Notes: generated from the sequence alone by a model not told the origin. DNA of 64,000 nt from Octopus vulgaris (GCA_951406725.2 OX597832.1:34720001-34784000); one strand, 5' to 3'. Numbered from the stretch's first letter, positions 13,421 to 28,166 are shown. Made by a program: numbers and translations.

Positions 13421-14600
13421 CGCAAAACTTTCATAACAAAGGTCAATGCTAAATATTATATGGGAGAGGGTACAATTCGTTAGCAAACGTTTAGGAGAGC
13501 CTCGAAAGAATTAAGTTAACATTGATACCAACTGACAGAAATTGAACTCATTCTGTAAAATGATACAGAGAGACTTTAAAAATGTTTTCTGTTTTTTTAA
13601 TACTTGCTACCGAATTAGCCAAGTCAGAAAAAGTTTGCTAATAATAATCTATAATGACACAACTTCAAGAATTATTTTAATTCCCTTCGTCGCCGAAACG
13701 AAAACTAAATAGACTTATAACAAAAACTTAGACGAGGGGGAAATAACGAAACGGAACATAAATGAATTTTGCAAATAAAAATATGCTTTGTTTATTTAAC
13801 AGTTTTAACTTCTTAAACTAATACATGTACGATAATAATGGCGAGAGACAGAGTAGAGGGAACTTGGCCAAGTCTTGTATAAAGTGTGCGTGTGCATGTG
13901 CGAGGGCGCATGCGTTGGTGCGTGCGTGTGTGTGCGCGTGTATGTTAGTGTTTGTGTGAATACATTTAGGTGAATGGTGGGAGGGGAAGCTTGTCGACGT
14001 GTTGTGTGTTTGTCTCCAGAAGCATATTAATGTTCTGGGAGAATGTGAGTCTAAATATGTCTACTTTCATGTATGTGGATGTCTAGGAATATATAGGCAT
14101 GTGCATGTATGTAGAACACAAACGTTTGATCGCCATAAACAAAGTATTTGAACAGGTCATTCATCAAGAAATTGCAGCACTGTCTTTCTCTCTCGGACTA
14201 CGAAAGATTACCATCACCACCACCGCCATCATCATCATTACTACCATTTGTATGTGTGTATAATGTTGCACAACAGTCTACAATATTCTGCAATGTACAG
14301 TGTGTTATACAATGAATTTTATCTGAAAATCTCATACAGCAACATGTAACGTATTACAATGTGCAATGTTACACAGTAAGCAACTAATACACGATAGAAT
14401 GCGGCCTTTGCAAAAGTTTAAAAGGAAAACCAATGAAACATGTTCTAAGGTATATATACGTAATCATATTTACACAAACGAAATTAGACATACACACATA
14501 CGCCTAAATAGTCACAAATGCAGACGCATTCATATTCACCCACATTAACACACACCAAGATAAACATGTAGACATACACACGCACACATACACATGGATA

Positions 14601-14989
14601 ATGGATGGAAGCACTCCGTCGGTTACGACGATGAGGGTTCCGGTTGATCCGAATCAACGGAACAGCCTGCTCTTGAAATTAAGGTGTAAGTGGCTGAGCA
14701 CTCCACAGACACGTGTACCCTTAACGCAGTTCTCGGGGATATTCAGCGTGACACAGAGTGTGACAAGGCCGGCCCTTTGAAATACAGGTACAACAGAAAC
14801 AGGAAGTAAGAGTGAGATAAAGTTGTGGTGAAAGAGTACAGCAGGGATCACCACCATCCCCTGCCGGAGCCTCGTGGAGCTTTTAGGTGTTTTCGCTCAA
14901 TAAACACTTACAACGCCCGGTCTGGGAATCGAAACCGCGATCCTATGACCGCGAGTCCGCTGCCCTAACCACTGGGCCATTGCGCCTCC
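14601..14989 (-). mobile_element. Well-preserved tRNA-derived SINE (second family)
   Basis: Minus strand ggaggcgcaaTGGCCCAGTGGttagggcagcggactcgcgg...GGTTTCGATTCCc (Pol III A and B boxes), ~390 bp long. Confidence 0.85.
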
Positions 14990-15269
14990 ACACACATACA
15001 CAACAGAACAGAACAAACGCTTAAACATATATATATAAACATATTCACATAGATGCAACTAGATATACATACACACGTCTAGATATTCAATCGCAGACAT
15101 ATCCAAACATATCGATACACTGACAGACACCAAGACACACATATACACTCATACACACACACATAAGAACATGCGCGCGCGCACAACGCATAAAAATTAT
15201 GTTAAAGTATTATTTGAGTGAGAAATAGAATCTACAGAAAGATTTCTGTTTTTCGAGGCTTTAAATTAC

Positions 15270-16320
15270 GAAGGGAACACCAGGAATCGAAACCGTCTCC
15301 TACTCTCGAATATCACTGTCAATCTTGTCTGTTCTATATAGTGATATCCACAACTCGAGCAGGTTATTACATAAACTAGATTGTCAGAGGCACAAGTGAA
15401 GTTGGTTGTAATTGTGAACCTCTCTCCTTGTTTGAAAAGGAAATCCAAGCCCTCAAGTAGGTTGGGGCATGTTCCACAGTTTGGGCTTCCATATTTTTGA
15501 ACCGTTGGTTTCGTGGTTTTTGTGTAAAGCTTCGCATTTGTTAGAAGTCTCTGTGTTGTTTATTTTTTGGTCTCTAGTTAGTAAAAGGAGATTTTGCACT
15601 ATAGTGTTGTATGCCTCATTGTTTCTAGGGTTGTGGGTTGTTATATACATTAGTGTTTTGAGATGAGGTGTGGTGTTATGCTTTGTTGTCCTTTGTATGT
15701 TTTTATATCTAATTTTTGGCACGCTTGATTCTATCGTCCATAAGTGAGGGTGGAGATCGTCTTCAGTTTGTGTTCTGCTGAGGTCTTGAAGACGAATGTT
15801 CCGTGTAGTTCCATCAAACACTATTGTGTAAATCCTTTTTGCCATATTTTGATGTGTTTCGGGTGGCATGAGCTAAAAAGGAGATAGTGCTTCAAGTCCA
15901 TTGGTTTATGATAGATGTCAGCTATAATTTGGTTGTTTACTTTTTTATCATAATATCCAAAAATGGGAGCTGTTCTTTGCTATATTCCATTGTGAATTGA
16001 ATGTTACTATTTATATCATTTAATGTTGATTTGAAGTCTAAAAGTTTGTCAATAGTCTTCTCCGAAATGATAAAACAGTTATCCAGGTATCTTTTCCAGC
16101 TTTCTCTTATGTAATGGTGAAATAGATAAACACAGTTTTGAAGTGAGACTTCATATATGGTTAATTGAAAATAACCCATTGTCAGGTTCGCAAGAACAGG
16201 GACTTCTTTCGTTCCCATCGCAATTCCACATTTTTGGCAATAGTATGTGTCATCAAATAGGAAATAATTGTTCTGAAGTATAAATTTTAAAGATTCAATG
16301 ATAAAGATCTGATTTATGCA
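15270..16320 (-). mobile_element. Decayed Penelope-like element (RT, thumb and GIY-YIG fragments)
   Basis: QNNYFLFDDTYYCQKCGIAMGT, WKRYLDNCFII, IQFTMEYSKEQLPFLD; NLVYVITCSSCGYHYIEQT. Confidence 0.85.
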
Positions 16321-16329
16321 TTTTAGAAA

Positions 16330-16551
16330 AAGAAGTAAGGAGTCGATATCCTCTACCGTCATCACTACAAGAGCTGGAGACTACTTTAGCTGAAGAATGG
16401 ACAAACATTCCTTTGGAAACAATTCAAACTTTGTACGAGTCTATATCTCGTATAATTCAAGCTGTAAATACTGCCAATGGCGCTCCTATCCCATATTGAA
16501 ATAAATTTGTTTGAAATTTTAAGGTCTTTCCATTATTTTGTCCAACCCTTG
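16330..16551 (+). mobile_element. 3' end fragment of the same Tc1 family as 2778-3988
   Basis: Reverse complement of ~2778-3000; ends in TIR tttccattattttgtccaacccttg followed by TA. Confidence 0.85.
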
Positions 16552-16554
16552 TAC

Positions 16555-16614
<60 letters not shown>

Positions 16615-16616
<2 letters not shown>

Positions 16617-19450
16617 CGGGAAGGTTTACGAAAATAAACAAAAGACGAAGGCAGGTTAACGAAAATGAACAAAAGATGAAGGCAAGTGTAGTACAAACAA
16701 ACAATGTATTAGTATGGCGCTCAGGAATGGAAATAAAACAAGTCTTTTACGTTTCGAGCCTACGCTCTTCGACAGAAAGATACACAGAAAAGAAACAAGG
16801 AGAGAAAAAATTTGCGTGTAGGGGCTAACGATCCAACATGGCGTTCTGATTTCAGGAGAAGTCAGAGATCGGAGGTCAAATGTTAGAGGTCAGACGTTAG
16901 ACGCTAGAGGGATAATAGGGGAGATAACAGGGTCAAGTGACCTCGCTCCAACCTGAAGGTGCGTGTGTGCATAAGATAGTATGTATGTGCATGTGGAAGA
17001 GGGCTGGTGGTCTAGACGTGTGTATGTATGATGTGATGTGTAATGTCGTATGGTGTAGTGTGGTGTGGTGTGGGGGAGAGAGGAGAGGAGGGGGAGGGGA
17101 GGGGGGGGAGAAGGAAGGGGAAGGGGAGGAGAAGGGGAAGGGAGGGGAGAGGGAGAGGAAGAGGAGGGGAAATGAGGGGAGAGGGAGAGGAGGAGGAGGG
17201 GAAGAGAAGGGGAGTGAGGGAGCAGAGAGAAAGAGAGAGGGGGAAGAGGGAAGAAGAAAGAAGAAGAAGAGGGAAGAAGGGAAGAGGAGGGAAAGAGAGT
17301 AGGGGTGAAAAGATGAAGGACTGAAGAGAAGTAGGAGTCGGGGGAGGTAGATGAAAAGGGGGGGAGTTGAGACCAAATGGCGTAAAAGAGCGAAGAGAGA
17401 AGATTAATCCTTGTTCACGGCACAAACGGGAATCCAGATGGCCTCTGTGCAAGGACAATCCGAACACAGACAGGTGTTCCAAGGAGTGACCGGTGGAGCG
17501 GAAATGGCGTGAGACCGGTGTGTCATTGGCCAGGCGGATGTCTCGGAGGTGTTTCGCGAACCGGTCAGCCAAGCGGCGTCCCGTTTGTCTGATGTACAGG
17601 GAATGGCAGAGAGAGCAGGAGATGCAATAGATGATATTGCTGGAGGTGCAGGTGAAGGAGTCGATGATGCGATAGGGTCGATGATGGGTGCCAGTGAGGA
17701 GGGTGGTGTTGGAGAATTAAGGGCAAGTGCGGCAACGTGGGCGGGAGCAGGGGAACGAGCCAGGTTGGGAGGTAGGGTCAAGGAAGAAGCTGTGGACCAA
17801 GAGCTCTCGTAGGTTATGGGCTCGTTTGAAAGAGGGGAGGGGTTGGTTAGGGAAGAGGTGTGAAGTGGACGGGTCAGACTGGAGATGCCTGAAAGCTCGA
17901 AGAATGGTGCGTTGGAGAGGTAGGGTGGTGGGGTGGTAAGTGAGGGGAAAAGGGAGGCGGGAAACTGCAGGCGGGTTCGGGGGGAGAGAGCAGAAGCACG
18001 GTCTACGGAACGTGCTCTGGCAAGGGCGGTGTGGATAGTGGTGAGGGGATATCCACGTAGAATGAAGTGGCGAGCCATGAGTTGAGACTCAAAGTCATGG
18101 TCGTCACTACAGAGCCTACGTAGACGGAGGAATTGGGAATAGGGGATGGAAAGCTTAGTGTGTTTGAGGTGGGAGGAAGAGAAGTTTAGGTATGAGTGTG
18201 AGTCTGTGTGTTTGTAGTGAATGGAGGTGGTAAGAGTGGAGTGATGAATGCTGACCGAAATGTCGAGGAAAGAGACAGAGGTGTAGGAGATAGTGGAGGT
18301 GAAGTGGAGGGCAGGATGGAAGGATTGAACGAAAGAGAGGAAGGAATCTTGATGTTCACGGGAGAGTGAGGTGGCACCGATAATGTCGTCAATGTAACGA
18401 CCTTATAGTTCGGGAGTGGGACCAGTGAAATTAGAGAATATTTGGGCCTCAACATAGCCAACGAACAGGTTCGCATAGTTGGGGCCCATTCACGTTCCCA
18501 TGGCCACTCCCGAGAACGATTGGTAGAACTCACCCGCGAACGAGAAGCAGTTAAGAGAAATGACAAGTTCGGTCAGACGAATGAGTGTGGAGGTGTCGGG
18601 TTCTGGGTTGGGGCGGAGGTCGAGAAAGTGTTGAAGTGCCCGCACTCCTTCGTGGTGAGGGATGACGGTATAGAAGCTTTGGATGTCCATAGTAAAAAGG
18701 ATTTTGGAGGAGCCGGGAGGAAAGGAGAAAGTGTTGAAAAGCCGGTGAGCATGGTTGGTATCGTCGATGTGGGAGGGAAGAGACGCCACTAGGGGGGCAA
18801 GGACACGGTCGAGGTATTTAGAGGTGAGCTCCGTGGGGCAGTTACAGGCGGAGACGATGGGGCGGCCAGGGTTGTTGGGTTTGTGGATTTTGGGGAGGAA
18901 GTAAATGGTGGGGGTGCGTGGGGTTCGGACAATGAGGCTGGATGCGGTGTGGGGGAGACGGGAGGACGAGATGAGGTCGTGAACAGTAGAGGATACCGTC
19001 TGTTGGTAGCTAAGCGTGGGGTCAGAGGACAGAGGGGAGTAGAAGGAGGTGTCATTGAGTTGGCGGAGCGCCTCGGCCCTGTAGAGGTCCGCGCGCCACA
19101 CCACCACAGCTCCACCCTTGTCAGCCGGTTTGATGACAATCTCAGCGCGCCGTTGGAGGGAACGAAGAGCCGAGAGTTCAGCCGGGGAGATGTTGAGGCG
19201 GCGGTGACGCCTGGAGAAGTTGAACCGCTCCAACGCACGCTGACAGGCACCCGCGAAAAGATCCACTGCTAGGAACTGGCCGGGGACAGGCGTCCACAGG
19301 GATGGTCGGCGGCCCAGGTCAGTGAAGCAGTCCTCATCGTTGGATGCGGGTGGTATGTCGCGGAAAAACGCACCCAACCGGACGCGGCGCACAACGCTGT
19401 GGACATCAGCACGCGTCTGGAATTCCTTACAGGATGGAGTGAGGGGGATA
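16615..19450 (-). mobile_element. Penelope-like element with RT and C-terminal GIY-YIG, frameshifted, GC-rich
   Basis: FLPKIHKPNNPGRPIVS, FTMDIQSFYTVIPH, GVAMGT; RYIDD in a shifted frame; EN RFAKHLRDI...PVSRHF...REQGLIFSL. Polypyrimidine 3' UTR, then a pLTR-like end with a hammerhead variant joined to (TA)n. Confidence 0.92.
16743..16780 (-). ncRNA. Minimal hammerhead variant in the PLE terminus
   Basis: ucuuu-CUGUCGA-a-gagc guag gcuc-GAAA-cg-UA-aaaga; A6 of CUGANGA is replaced by U. Confidence 0.55.
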
Positions 19451-19979
19451 CATACATATACACACACATATATACATATATTTAATTCTAATTCATCATT
19501 GACTTTGTATCACCTTCCTAATCAAATTTGTTGTGTATAAATTGATTCGAAATTTATATGGTGTTCCCTGCATGCTTTAATGATCATTATATATTCAATA
19601 AATATATCATAAATCAGATCATTTTTTTCACACACACATACGCACGCACGCACACTCATCTATACACGTTTGTTTCCTAACGTCAACCCTTCACCTCCTC
19701 CTCCGCTCATTCCCGTTAAGGTATTTGCTTTGCTTTGTATTCCGGAGCAATGGCGCCAAACTGGCTTTCGTGTATTACTTCGCGCTTAAGTGTTGTTGGT
19801 CAATTAATCTACATTACACACTCAGCTGATTCGACATTAGTATTTTAACGTGTGTAATTCGACTGTGATTTATTAAACTTATTATTAAACACTGTTAGTG
19901 GTGTTGATGGTGGTGGTTATGACGTTGATGTGACCGAAGCGATGAGGCGCCAAACCAAAATAGTATTTTGTTATGTCCA

Positions 19980-20620
19980 GTCGCCTTTCTTTCTTTCTCT
20001 CTCTCATACCATCTCTCTTTCCCGCCTTCCTTGCTTCCCTCTTTCTCTCTTTCCCTCATTCTCTCTATCTCTATATATTTCTCTTTCCATCTAACTTTCT
20101 ATCTCTCTCTCTCACTCTCCCTCACTCCCTTTCTCTCTCTTTCATTTATTGCCTTACTCTCTTTGTCACTCTCTTTTTATCTTAATCATTTACTTTCTCT
20201 GTCACTCTCTTTCTCTGTAGAGCTCTCCCTTTATCGTTCTGTCTCTCTCGCTATCACTCTTTCTGTCTGTCTGTCTGTCTCTTATTCACTGTCTTTCTCT
20301 CCCCGTCTTTCTCTCCCGTCTCTCTCTCTTTCACACTCTTACTATGTCTTTCGGTTACACCATTTCTTTATTTCTTTCTTTCTCTCTCTCTCTCTCTCTC
20401 TCACTCTTACTATGTCTTTCTCTCTCTCTCACACTCTTACTATATCTTTCTCTCTCTCTCTCCCTCTCTCTCTCTTTCACACTCTTTCTATGTCGTTCAG
20501 TTACACCATTTTCTTGCACTCTCTCTCAAACTTTCTCCCTCTATCACTCTCTCTCTTTCCTTTAATCTCCCTATCTCTCTCCCCTTCTCTCTCTTTCTTT
20601 GTCTTTTCCCCTCTCTCGGT
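19980..20620. repeat. Degenerate (CT)n polypyrimidine tract
   Basis: About 640 bp of imperfect CT/TC repeats. Confidence 0.9.
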
Positions 20621-21697
20621 AAGCCTCCGTCTACGTCGTATCAAGCTATCCTACTAGTCTAACAACTGTTCTCTCCGATTTTATCGGCGTGGTTCTTTTA
20701 TTTTCGCCAAGGTAACAAATTGTCATCGCATATTTAACTATTGCTATACTAATGATGTAATTTTCATCAATAATTTATTATTTTGCTGTTCGATATATTT
20801 CTCTCTGATCTCAGTCAGCACACGATTTTCTATTGACCTTCTCCAAGTTATTCATCAATCAGATTTTCTTTACAGTTCTTACACGAGTGAGTTCAGTCAA
20901 TCATTCACCAAGACCTGCCTAGTAAGTGTTCTACCGCCCTCTAGCGGAGGTATTTGTAACTCATCTTGTTTTATATGCCGCAGAAACGTGTATTACTTTT
21001 TTCTTTGTCCGTCATTGAATAGATTTTTGGATAAAGACCCACTTTCTGTCTCCATATACCTCACTCATATTTTTCTCTTTTTCTTGAAATCTTTTCATAT
21101 CCAGCAACTTCCTATCACTCACAACATTAGCAATGTGTGGTCAATGTTTTGTTTGGGTGGTTATAGTTTTTATGGTTTAAATTGACGTTTCCATTATTAT
21201 TCGCATTTTTGTGCTTTTAAAAGTTAAACTATAAATGTTTGTTGAAAATTTACCTGATAGTTTGTCATATTGCCTTTTTAATACATTCGCGAGGTTGACA
21301 GAACTTGGTGGGGTGTTGGTTAATCTTTAACGTCGTTGTTAACCGACACAGGGATTACCAATGACACAGCCATTCTGAAATGCGAAAAAAATTACAAATG
21401 GCCTACTGAGAGTCAAAGAAAGCAGCTAAGGCAAACTTTTTTCCAAATCAAAAGGAAGACGATGTCGACAAAGATTTTTAAATGCAGTCAACGCTAAAAG
21501 AAGAAAAAGGATCACGTTGACATATGTTTTATACAAAACAACAACAAAAAACATGCTCTGATTATCTAATTTATTAGGTAAAAATATATTTACTACTGTG
21601 TACTAGAAAGGATATTTTTTTGTTTTATTTTTGCGAATAATTACAAGATTTTATTTCTTTTTGCGATTAATAATTTTCTTTCTATTTTTTTTTCCAG

Positions 21698-22161
21698 AGG
21701 AAGAAGAGACGTGTCCGTTATTTAAAGCTCTTTCATTACGTTTTGGAAAATACTTCAACTTTGCTCGGCTCGTGAAACCTTCACCAGAAGATTTCGAACT
21801 GCTGGGTACCGGAAATGCTTTCATTGATGTACCCTCTGTCTTGGTTATGGTTACCGATTCGTCAGATCCGACAAAGACACCGGAATTCAAAGCAATTGTT
21901 TACACAAGAGATAGCTTTGGTGACATGAATTATCCAAACTTGTTGCATTTCTTTTTCACTGTGAACCACCAATTCCGTTACACATTGCCTGGCATCGGCC
22001 AGTCTTCGCAGAAAACTGAAGCAGATATGGAGGACATTCTAGAGATTGAGAAAAGGCGTTTCGATTCATTCCGTAACTTTAACACTTACCGTAATCCACA
22101 AGAGGTCCAAGACCGCAAAGAGATTCTGCACTTTGACGAAGTCTCAAAACAAGAACTATGA
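21698..22161 (+). CDS. Probable terminal coding exon of a host gene; putative ER-lumenal, possibly thioredoxin-like/PDI-related protein ending KQEL
   Basis: Strong acceptor (ttttctttctattttttttccag|AG), ~153 stop-free codons of normal complexity, C-terminal KQEL*, then a T-rich UTR-like region. The family guess rests only on PLFKALSLRF...F.FARL...VPSVLV. Confidence 0.75.
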
Positions 22162-23370
22162 CGCCCAAAATTGATTCTAATAATCATTCAGATTTTCTTT
22201 CTGTCTTCCTAGTTTCAAATCCAATTGATCTTTTCTTCCAGAAAATCTCATTTCTTTCTTTTTCTTTCTTTTCTATTTTTTCAAGGAAGCTGTTTTGTTG
22301 TTGTTTTTTAATCATTTCTTATAAAATCACATTTTCTTCTTCAAATTCCCCTTTCCAAACCTTTTATCATAATTTGTGTCCCTTTTGCTAGCAAATATAT
22401 TTTTAACCCCTTAATCTTTTCAAAATCATTTCATATCTTTTCTAATTTCAAATTTTCTTCTTTCAAATCTTATACCGTTATTTCTCTTTAAATTCCTTCT
22501 CCATTCCTCTTCAAACCCGTGATCTTCTCTCCTCTTCTTTTTCTAATTATCTTCAAACAGTCTTCAAATTTTCTTTAATCTTTTCCCCACAAAATCTCTA
22601 GAAACTCATTTTAAAAAAATTTCTTCAGGTCCCAGCTCATATTCTTCGTATTCTCATGCTCAAAAACTTCACTGATCATTTTCTGGGTTTCCAAGAAAAA
22701 AAAACAGCAAAAAGAAATTTAAAAATTGCATAACGTGAAAAAAAATCGGTAACAAAAGTATAAAAACATTAAAAAATGAAAATCAAAAAAAATTCTATTT
22801 GTTGCTATTTCCTTATTAAAGTTTATAAATATCATTTCCATCTTGTCATTTTATATTTTATTGTTCTTGTTATAATGTCCTATTTATTCATACTCAGCAT
22901 GTTCTAGTAGATTCGGACATGAATACGCTGATCACTATTGCTTTTTCCTCATCTTTTAAATGATATGTGTTCAAACCGACAGAAAAGTTAAAAAGTAGCT
23001 CAAATGCAGAGTTTTGGGGATTGTGAAATATCAATTATATGTCTGACGCAAAAGTACTTCATTATGACCTTAATCAGAAGAAAAGATCAATTCTCCTCAC
23101 CCTTGAAGGGCCCCGCCTTTATAAAGGCTTATGGAATTAATGCGGATGACGTAACACGGCTCGCTGATATTAATAGTTTATATTTGACTTGTAAATCGTC
23201 TTTTTCATGAAATTCTAGAATGTTGACATCCTGGAAAAGAAAGATTAGCTGAAGTGGTTATTAAAGGGTTTGGCGGTAGGGTTTGGTGTAATCGAGAGGA
23301 TGAGAGGACGAGGAAGGACGGGTGTATTTAAAGGAGCTGAGTATGCATTAATTCTGACGGACAGTAATCG

Positions 23371-23423
<53 letters not shown>

Positions 23424-23443
23424 TATACATATACATATATACA

Positions 23444-23474
<31 letters not shown>

Positions 23475-23573
23475 ATATATAAATATATACATATACATAT
23501 ATATACATATACATATATATATATACAAATACACATATATATATATAAATATACATATATATATATGTATATA

Positions 23574-23611
<38 letters not shown>

Positions 23612-23655
23612 CATATATATATACATATATATATATACATATATATATGTATATA

Positions 23656-23702
<47 letters not shown>

Positions 23703-23828
23703 GTATATATATATGTATATATATGTATGTATATACATGTATATATATGTATATATATATATGTGTATTTATATATATATGTATTTATATATATATGTAT
23801 ATATATATATATATGTAAATATATATGT

Positions 23829-24029
23829 AGTTCCCGGGTTGATACGGGGTTAACCACAGTAAGTAAGGTACTCAATACATAGCAGAGTAAAATTAATTTA
23901 TTATATAGAAGGAGCTTCTACAGGACTAGTACTGTTTCATTCAAGAGAAATCTTCAGGAAGCTCTTCCTGAAGATTTCTCTTGAATGAAACAGTACTAGT
24001 CCTGTAGAAGCTCCTTCTATATAATAAAT
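23829..24029. mobile_element. PLE pseudo-LTR end with a perfect 66-bp fold-back palindrome in (TA)n
   Basis: Arms 23896-23961 and 23964-24029 are exact reverse complements with a 2-nt spacer; each carries CUGAAGA...GAAAc...GUC. Confidence 0.75.
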
Positions 24030-24138
24030 ATATGTATATATATATATTTATACATATATATATGTGTATATATATATGTATATGTATATATATATGTATA
24101 TATATATATATGTATACGTATATATATAGGTATATGTT

Positions 24139-24206
<68 letters not shown>

Positions 24207-24235
24207 CGTATATATATATATGTATATGTATATAT

Positions 24236-25627
24236 GTCATCACTCATGTAAATACCTAGGTCACGCACTGATTGTGCCTCTGGGATTGCTATTCCTCCGG
24301 GTCCAGTGTATTCATTGGGTATTGCATTTAGTTTTGCATGTTGATAGTATAAAGCTTGAAACTTTTCAGCATTGAACTGCATGCTATTCTTTACAGCCCA
24401 CTTGTATATTTTGTCCAGCTCACATTGCAGGCGTTTAGTGCCCTCAGGGTTCTGTATTGCCTGTGAAACTTTTGTATCATCTGCATAACTTGTGATCGTG
24501 GCTCTCTGCGTGGCTGAGGGCATGTGTGAGAGGGCCATTATGAACAGTAGTGGTCCCAAAACAGTGCCCTGCGGAACACCGCTCACTAGTTGCGTGTTAA
24601 TGGAAGTGGCCCCATTGGCTACTACCACCTGACTTCTATCTTTCAGAAAGTCATGAAGCCATTCTCCCAGTTTTCCAACTATGTTGAGATCACGCAGTTT
24701 GTGACATATCATTCCATGATCGATTTTATCAAAGGCCTTTGCAAAGTCGAGATATATCACTTCCACATTTGAGTGGTTGAGCAGCTGTTTCAGCACCCAG
24801 TCATAGTGTTGTAGGAGCTGAGTTAAACAGCTTCTCCCTGGTCGGAAACCATGTTGGGTGTCGGGCAGCAAGTCATTTTCTTCAAGGAAGGTGATCAGTT
24901 TCCTTCTGACTATTCGTTCCATGACCTTGCTGATGTGTGAGGTCAGAGAGATAGGTCTGTAGTTCTTGGCCTCTGCTCTGCTACCGCCTGTGTGAATGGG
25001 GCATATTTTACCTTCCTTCAGTTTTCTTGGAAGTTTGCCAACTGCAAGGAAGCTCTGAAAGAGGAACTGCAGTGGTCTTGCTAGGACTCTCTTACTTACT
25101 TTTAGGAGGATTGCCGGGAATCCATCGGGGCCAGTAGCTGAGTCTGTTTTCATTTCATCTATAGCCTTGATTACATCGTCTTCCTTTATATCGATGTAAT
25201 CTATCGTCGCCGCCTCTGATTTTATATCTGCAGTGGTAAAGAAGTCCATTGGATTGGTGATTTGGAGATGCCCAAGGGGTGAAGTGAAAACACTCTTGAA
25301 TTGCTCATTCAGTATTTCACTTACCCTCATTGGTTTTCCTGTCAGTGTGCCATCCTTTTCAAGGAGTGGCCCTATCCTACAGTGCACCGTAGCTGTTTCT
25401 TTGGCATACCTGTAGAAAGCTCTGGGGTTAGATTTTATGTTGCCTATAGCCCAGGCTTCTTTGTCTGCTCTTTCCTTTTCATGGGAGAGTTGCAGACATT
25501 TTTCAATTTCCAACAGTTTTATTCTCAGGCGGGACTTTTCACTGCTTTCAATCTGCTTGTTTAGGCGATTTGAAATTTTTGTACGCCGTCTCATTCAAAT
25601 TTTCCTCTCTCTGGGGATTTTGTTCTT
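24236..25627 (-). mobile_element. Internal RT fragment of an APE-RT LINE (CR1/L2 group, family A)
   Basis: ORF with [40 protein letters not shown] and YADD; both ends abut (TA)n. Confidence 0.95.
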
Positions 25628-25653
25628 ATACATATATATATAAATATATAAAA

Positions 25654-25721
<68 letters not shown>

Positions 25722-25939
25722 GGAATAGCTATATCTCTTTGACTGCTATTTCTAAATTCGGTGTGTTGGTGAGGCAATTCGTTGCTAAACCCTTAATTAC
25801 TTAGTATTACTTATATATATATATATATACATATACAGTTAATCCAAACAAGAAAACACAAAAAACACAGCAACGCGAGGATGTGGAACAAATAAAGTAT
25901 TATTGGACGCTCAGGAAAGAAAGGAAGGAGATATATATA

Positions 25940-27090
<1,151 letters not shown>

Positions 27091-27119
27091 TATATACATT
27101 TATACATATATATAAGCCA

Positions 27120-27635
27120 CAGGCATTAGATTTCTTAGAAAGAGGACGAACGTATACGAAACAAAGACAGGATGCCACACGAATATAAATACAAAAAACA
27201 AAAAATAGAAATAAAAAACAAGAATGGTTAACAGGACAAACACAACGGGCGTCTTACGACTTTAGACAATTTTTAACTTATCTTAGCTGGCGTATTTGAA
27301 AAAAGCCTTTGCGGCAAAGACGAAAACAAACGTTAACATGGCAGCGGTCAAGCCGAAAAAGACCGGTTTGAATGCGGTCACGTGAGAGAACGAAAGAAAG
27401 AGAAAGAAAAAGAAAAGCAAGGAGCAAGGAACAAAGAGAGAGAGAAAGAAAAGGACGAAGGCACCAAAGGGGAGAGAGAAGAGGAAGGAATCAAAGAGGG
27501 GAAAAGAAACAAGATTGGCTTAGCAATAGAAATGACGGTGCAAGTAAGAGTAGGGGAAGAATTAGAGGCAATGAAAGAGAAAGACACAGACTATAGAGAG
27601 AGTGTGTGTAAAGACGTCGTACAAGATAAAAAATG

Positions 27636-27640
<5 letters not shown>
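27120..27640 (-). mobile_element. Non-coding repeat fragment related to window positions 1-190 (probable PLE terminus)
   Basis: Shared blocks gtatacgaaa...aacaggaca...gtctt.cgact...agctgg...aaagcctt.cggca; flanked by (TA)n. Confidence 0.45.
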
Positions 27641-27729
<89 letters not shown>

Positions 27730-27771
27730 TATATGTATAAATACATATATATATATATAGACATACATATA

Positions 27772-27947
27772 TGATTGATTGATTGATTGATTCTAGTTTC
27801 AGCTTATGAGCTGTGGCCATGCTGGGGCACCGCCATTTGGTGTTGCTACTTGGTTTCACTTCATGGAGGCTTTCTGGCAACTGCTATTTGCTGCATGAGA
27901 GAGTTCGATGCATCTGCCCTCATCTGCCCCTCCTGCCGTGAAGTTGG

Positions 27948-27950
<3 letters not shown>
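27772..27950 (-). mobile_element. Family A LINE 3' end with (TCAA)n tail
   Basis: (ttga)n followed by ttctagtttcagcttatgagctg...; a further piece lies at 28866-28958. Confidence 0.9.
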
Positions 27951-28020
<70 letters not shown>

Positions 28021-28089
28021 ATACATATATATATACATATACATATATTTATATATATATATATACATACAGATGTATATATATATATA

Positions 28090-28137
<48 letters not shown>

Positions 28138-28166
28138 TATATGTATAAATGCATATATATATATAG

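Noticed and set aside
14915-14989. tRNA gene
   Set aside because: A and B boxes are present, but the sequence continues into a ~390-bp SINE body without a proper acceptor stem or terminator.
16933-17376. Pro/Ser/Leu-rich and Gly/Glu/Arg-rich ORFs
   Set aside because: They are translations of the polypurine/polypyrimidine 3' UTR of the PLE.
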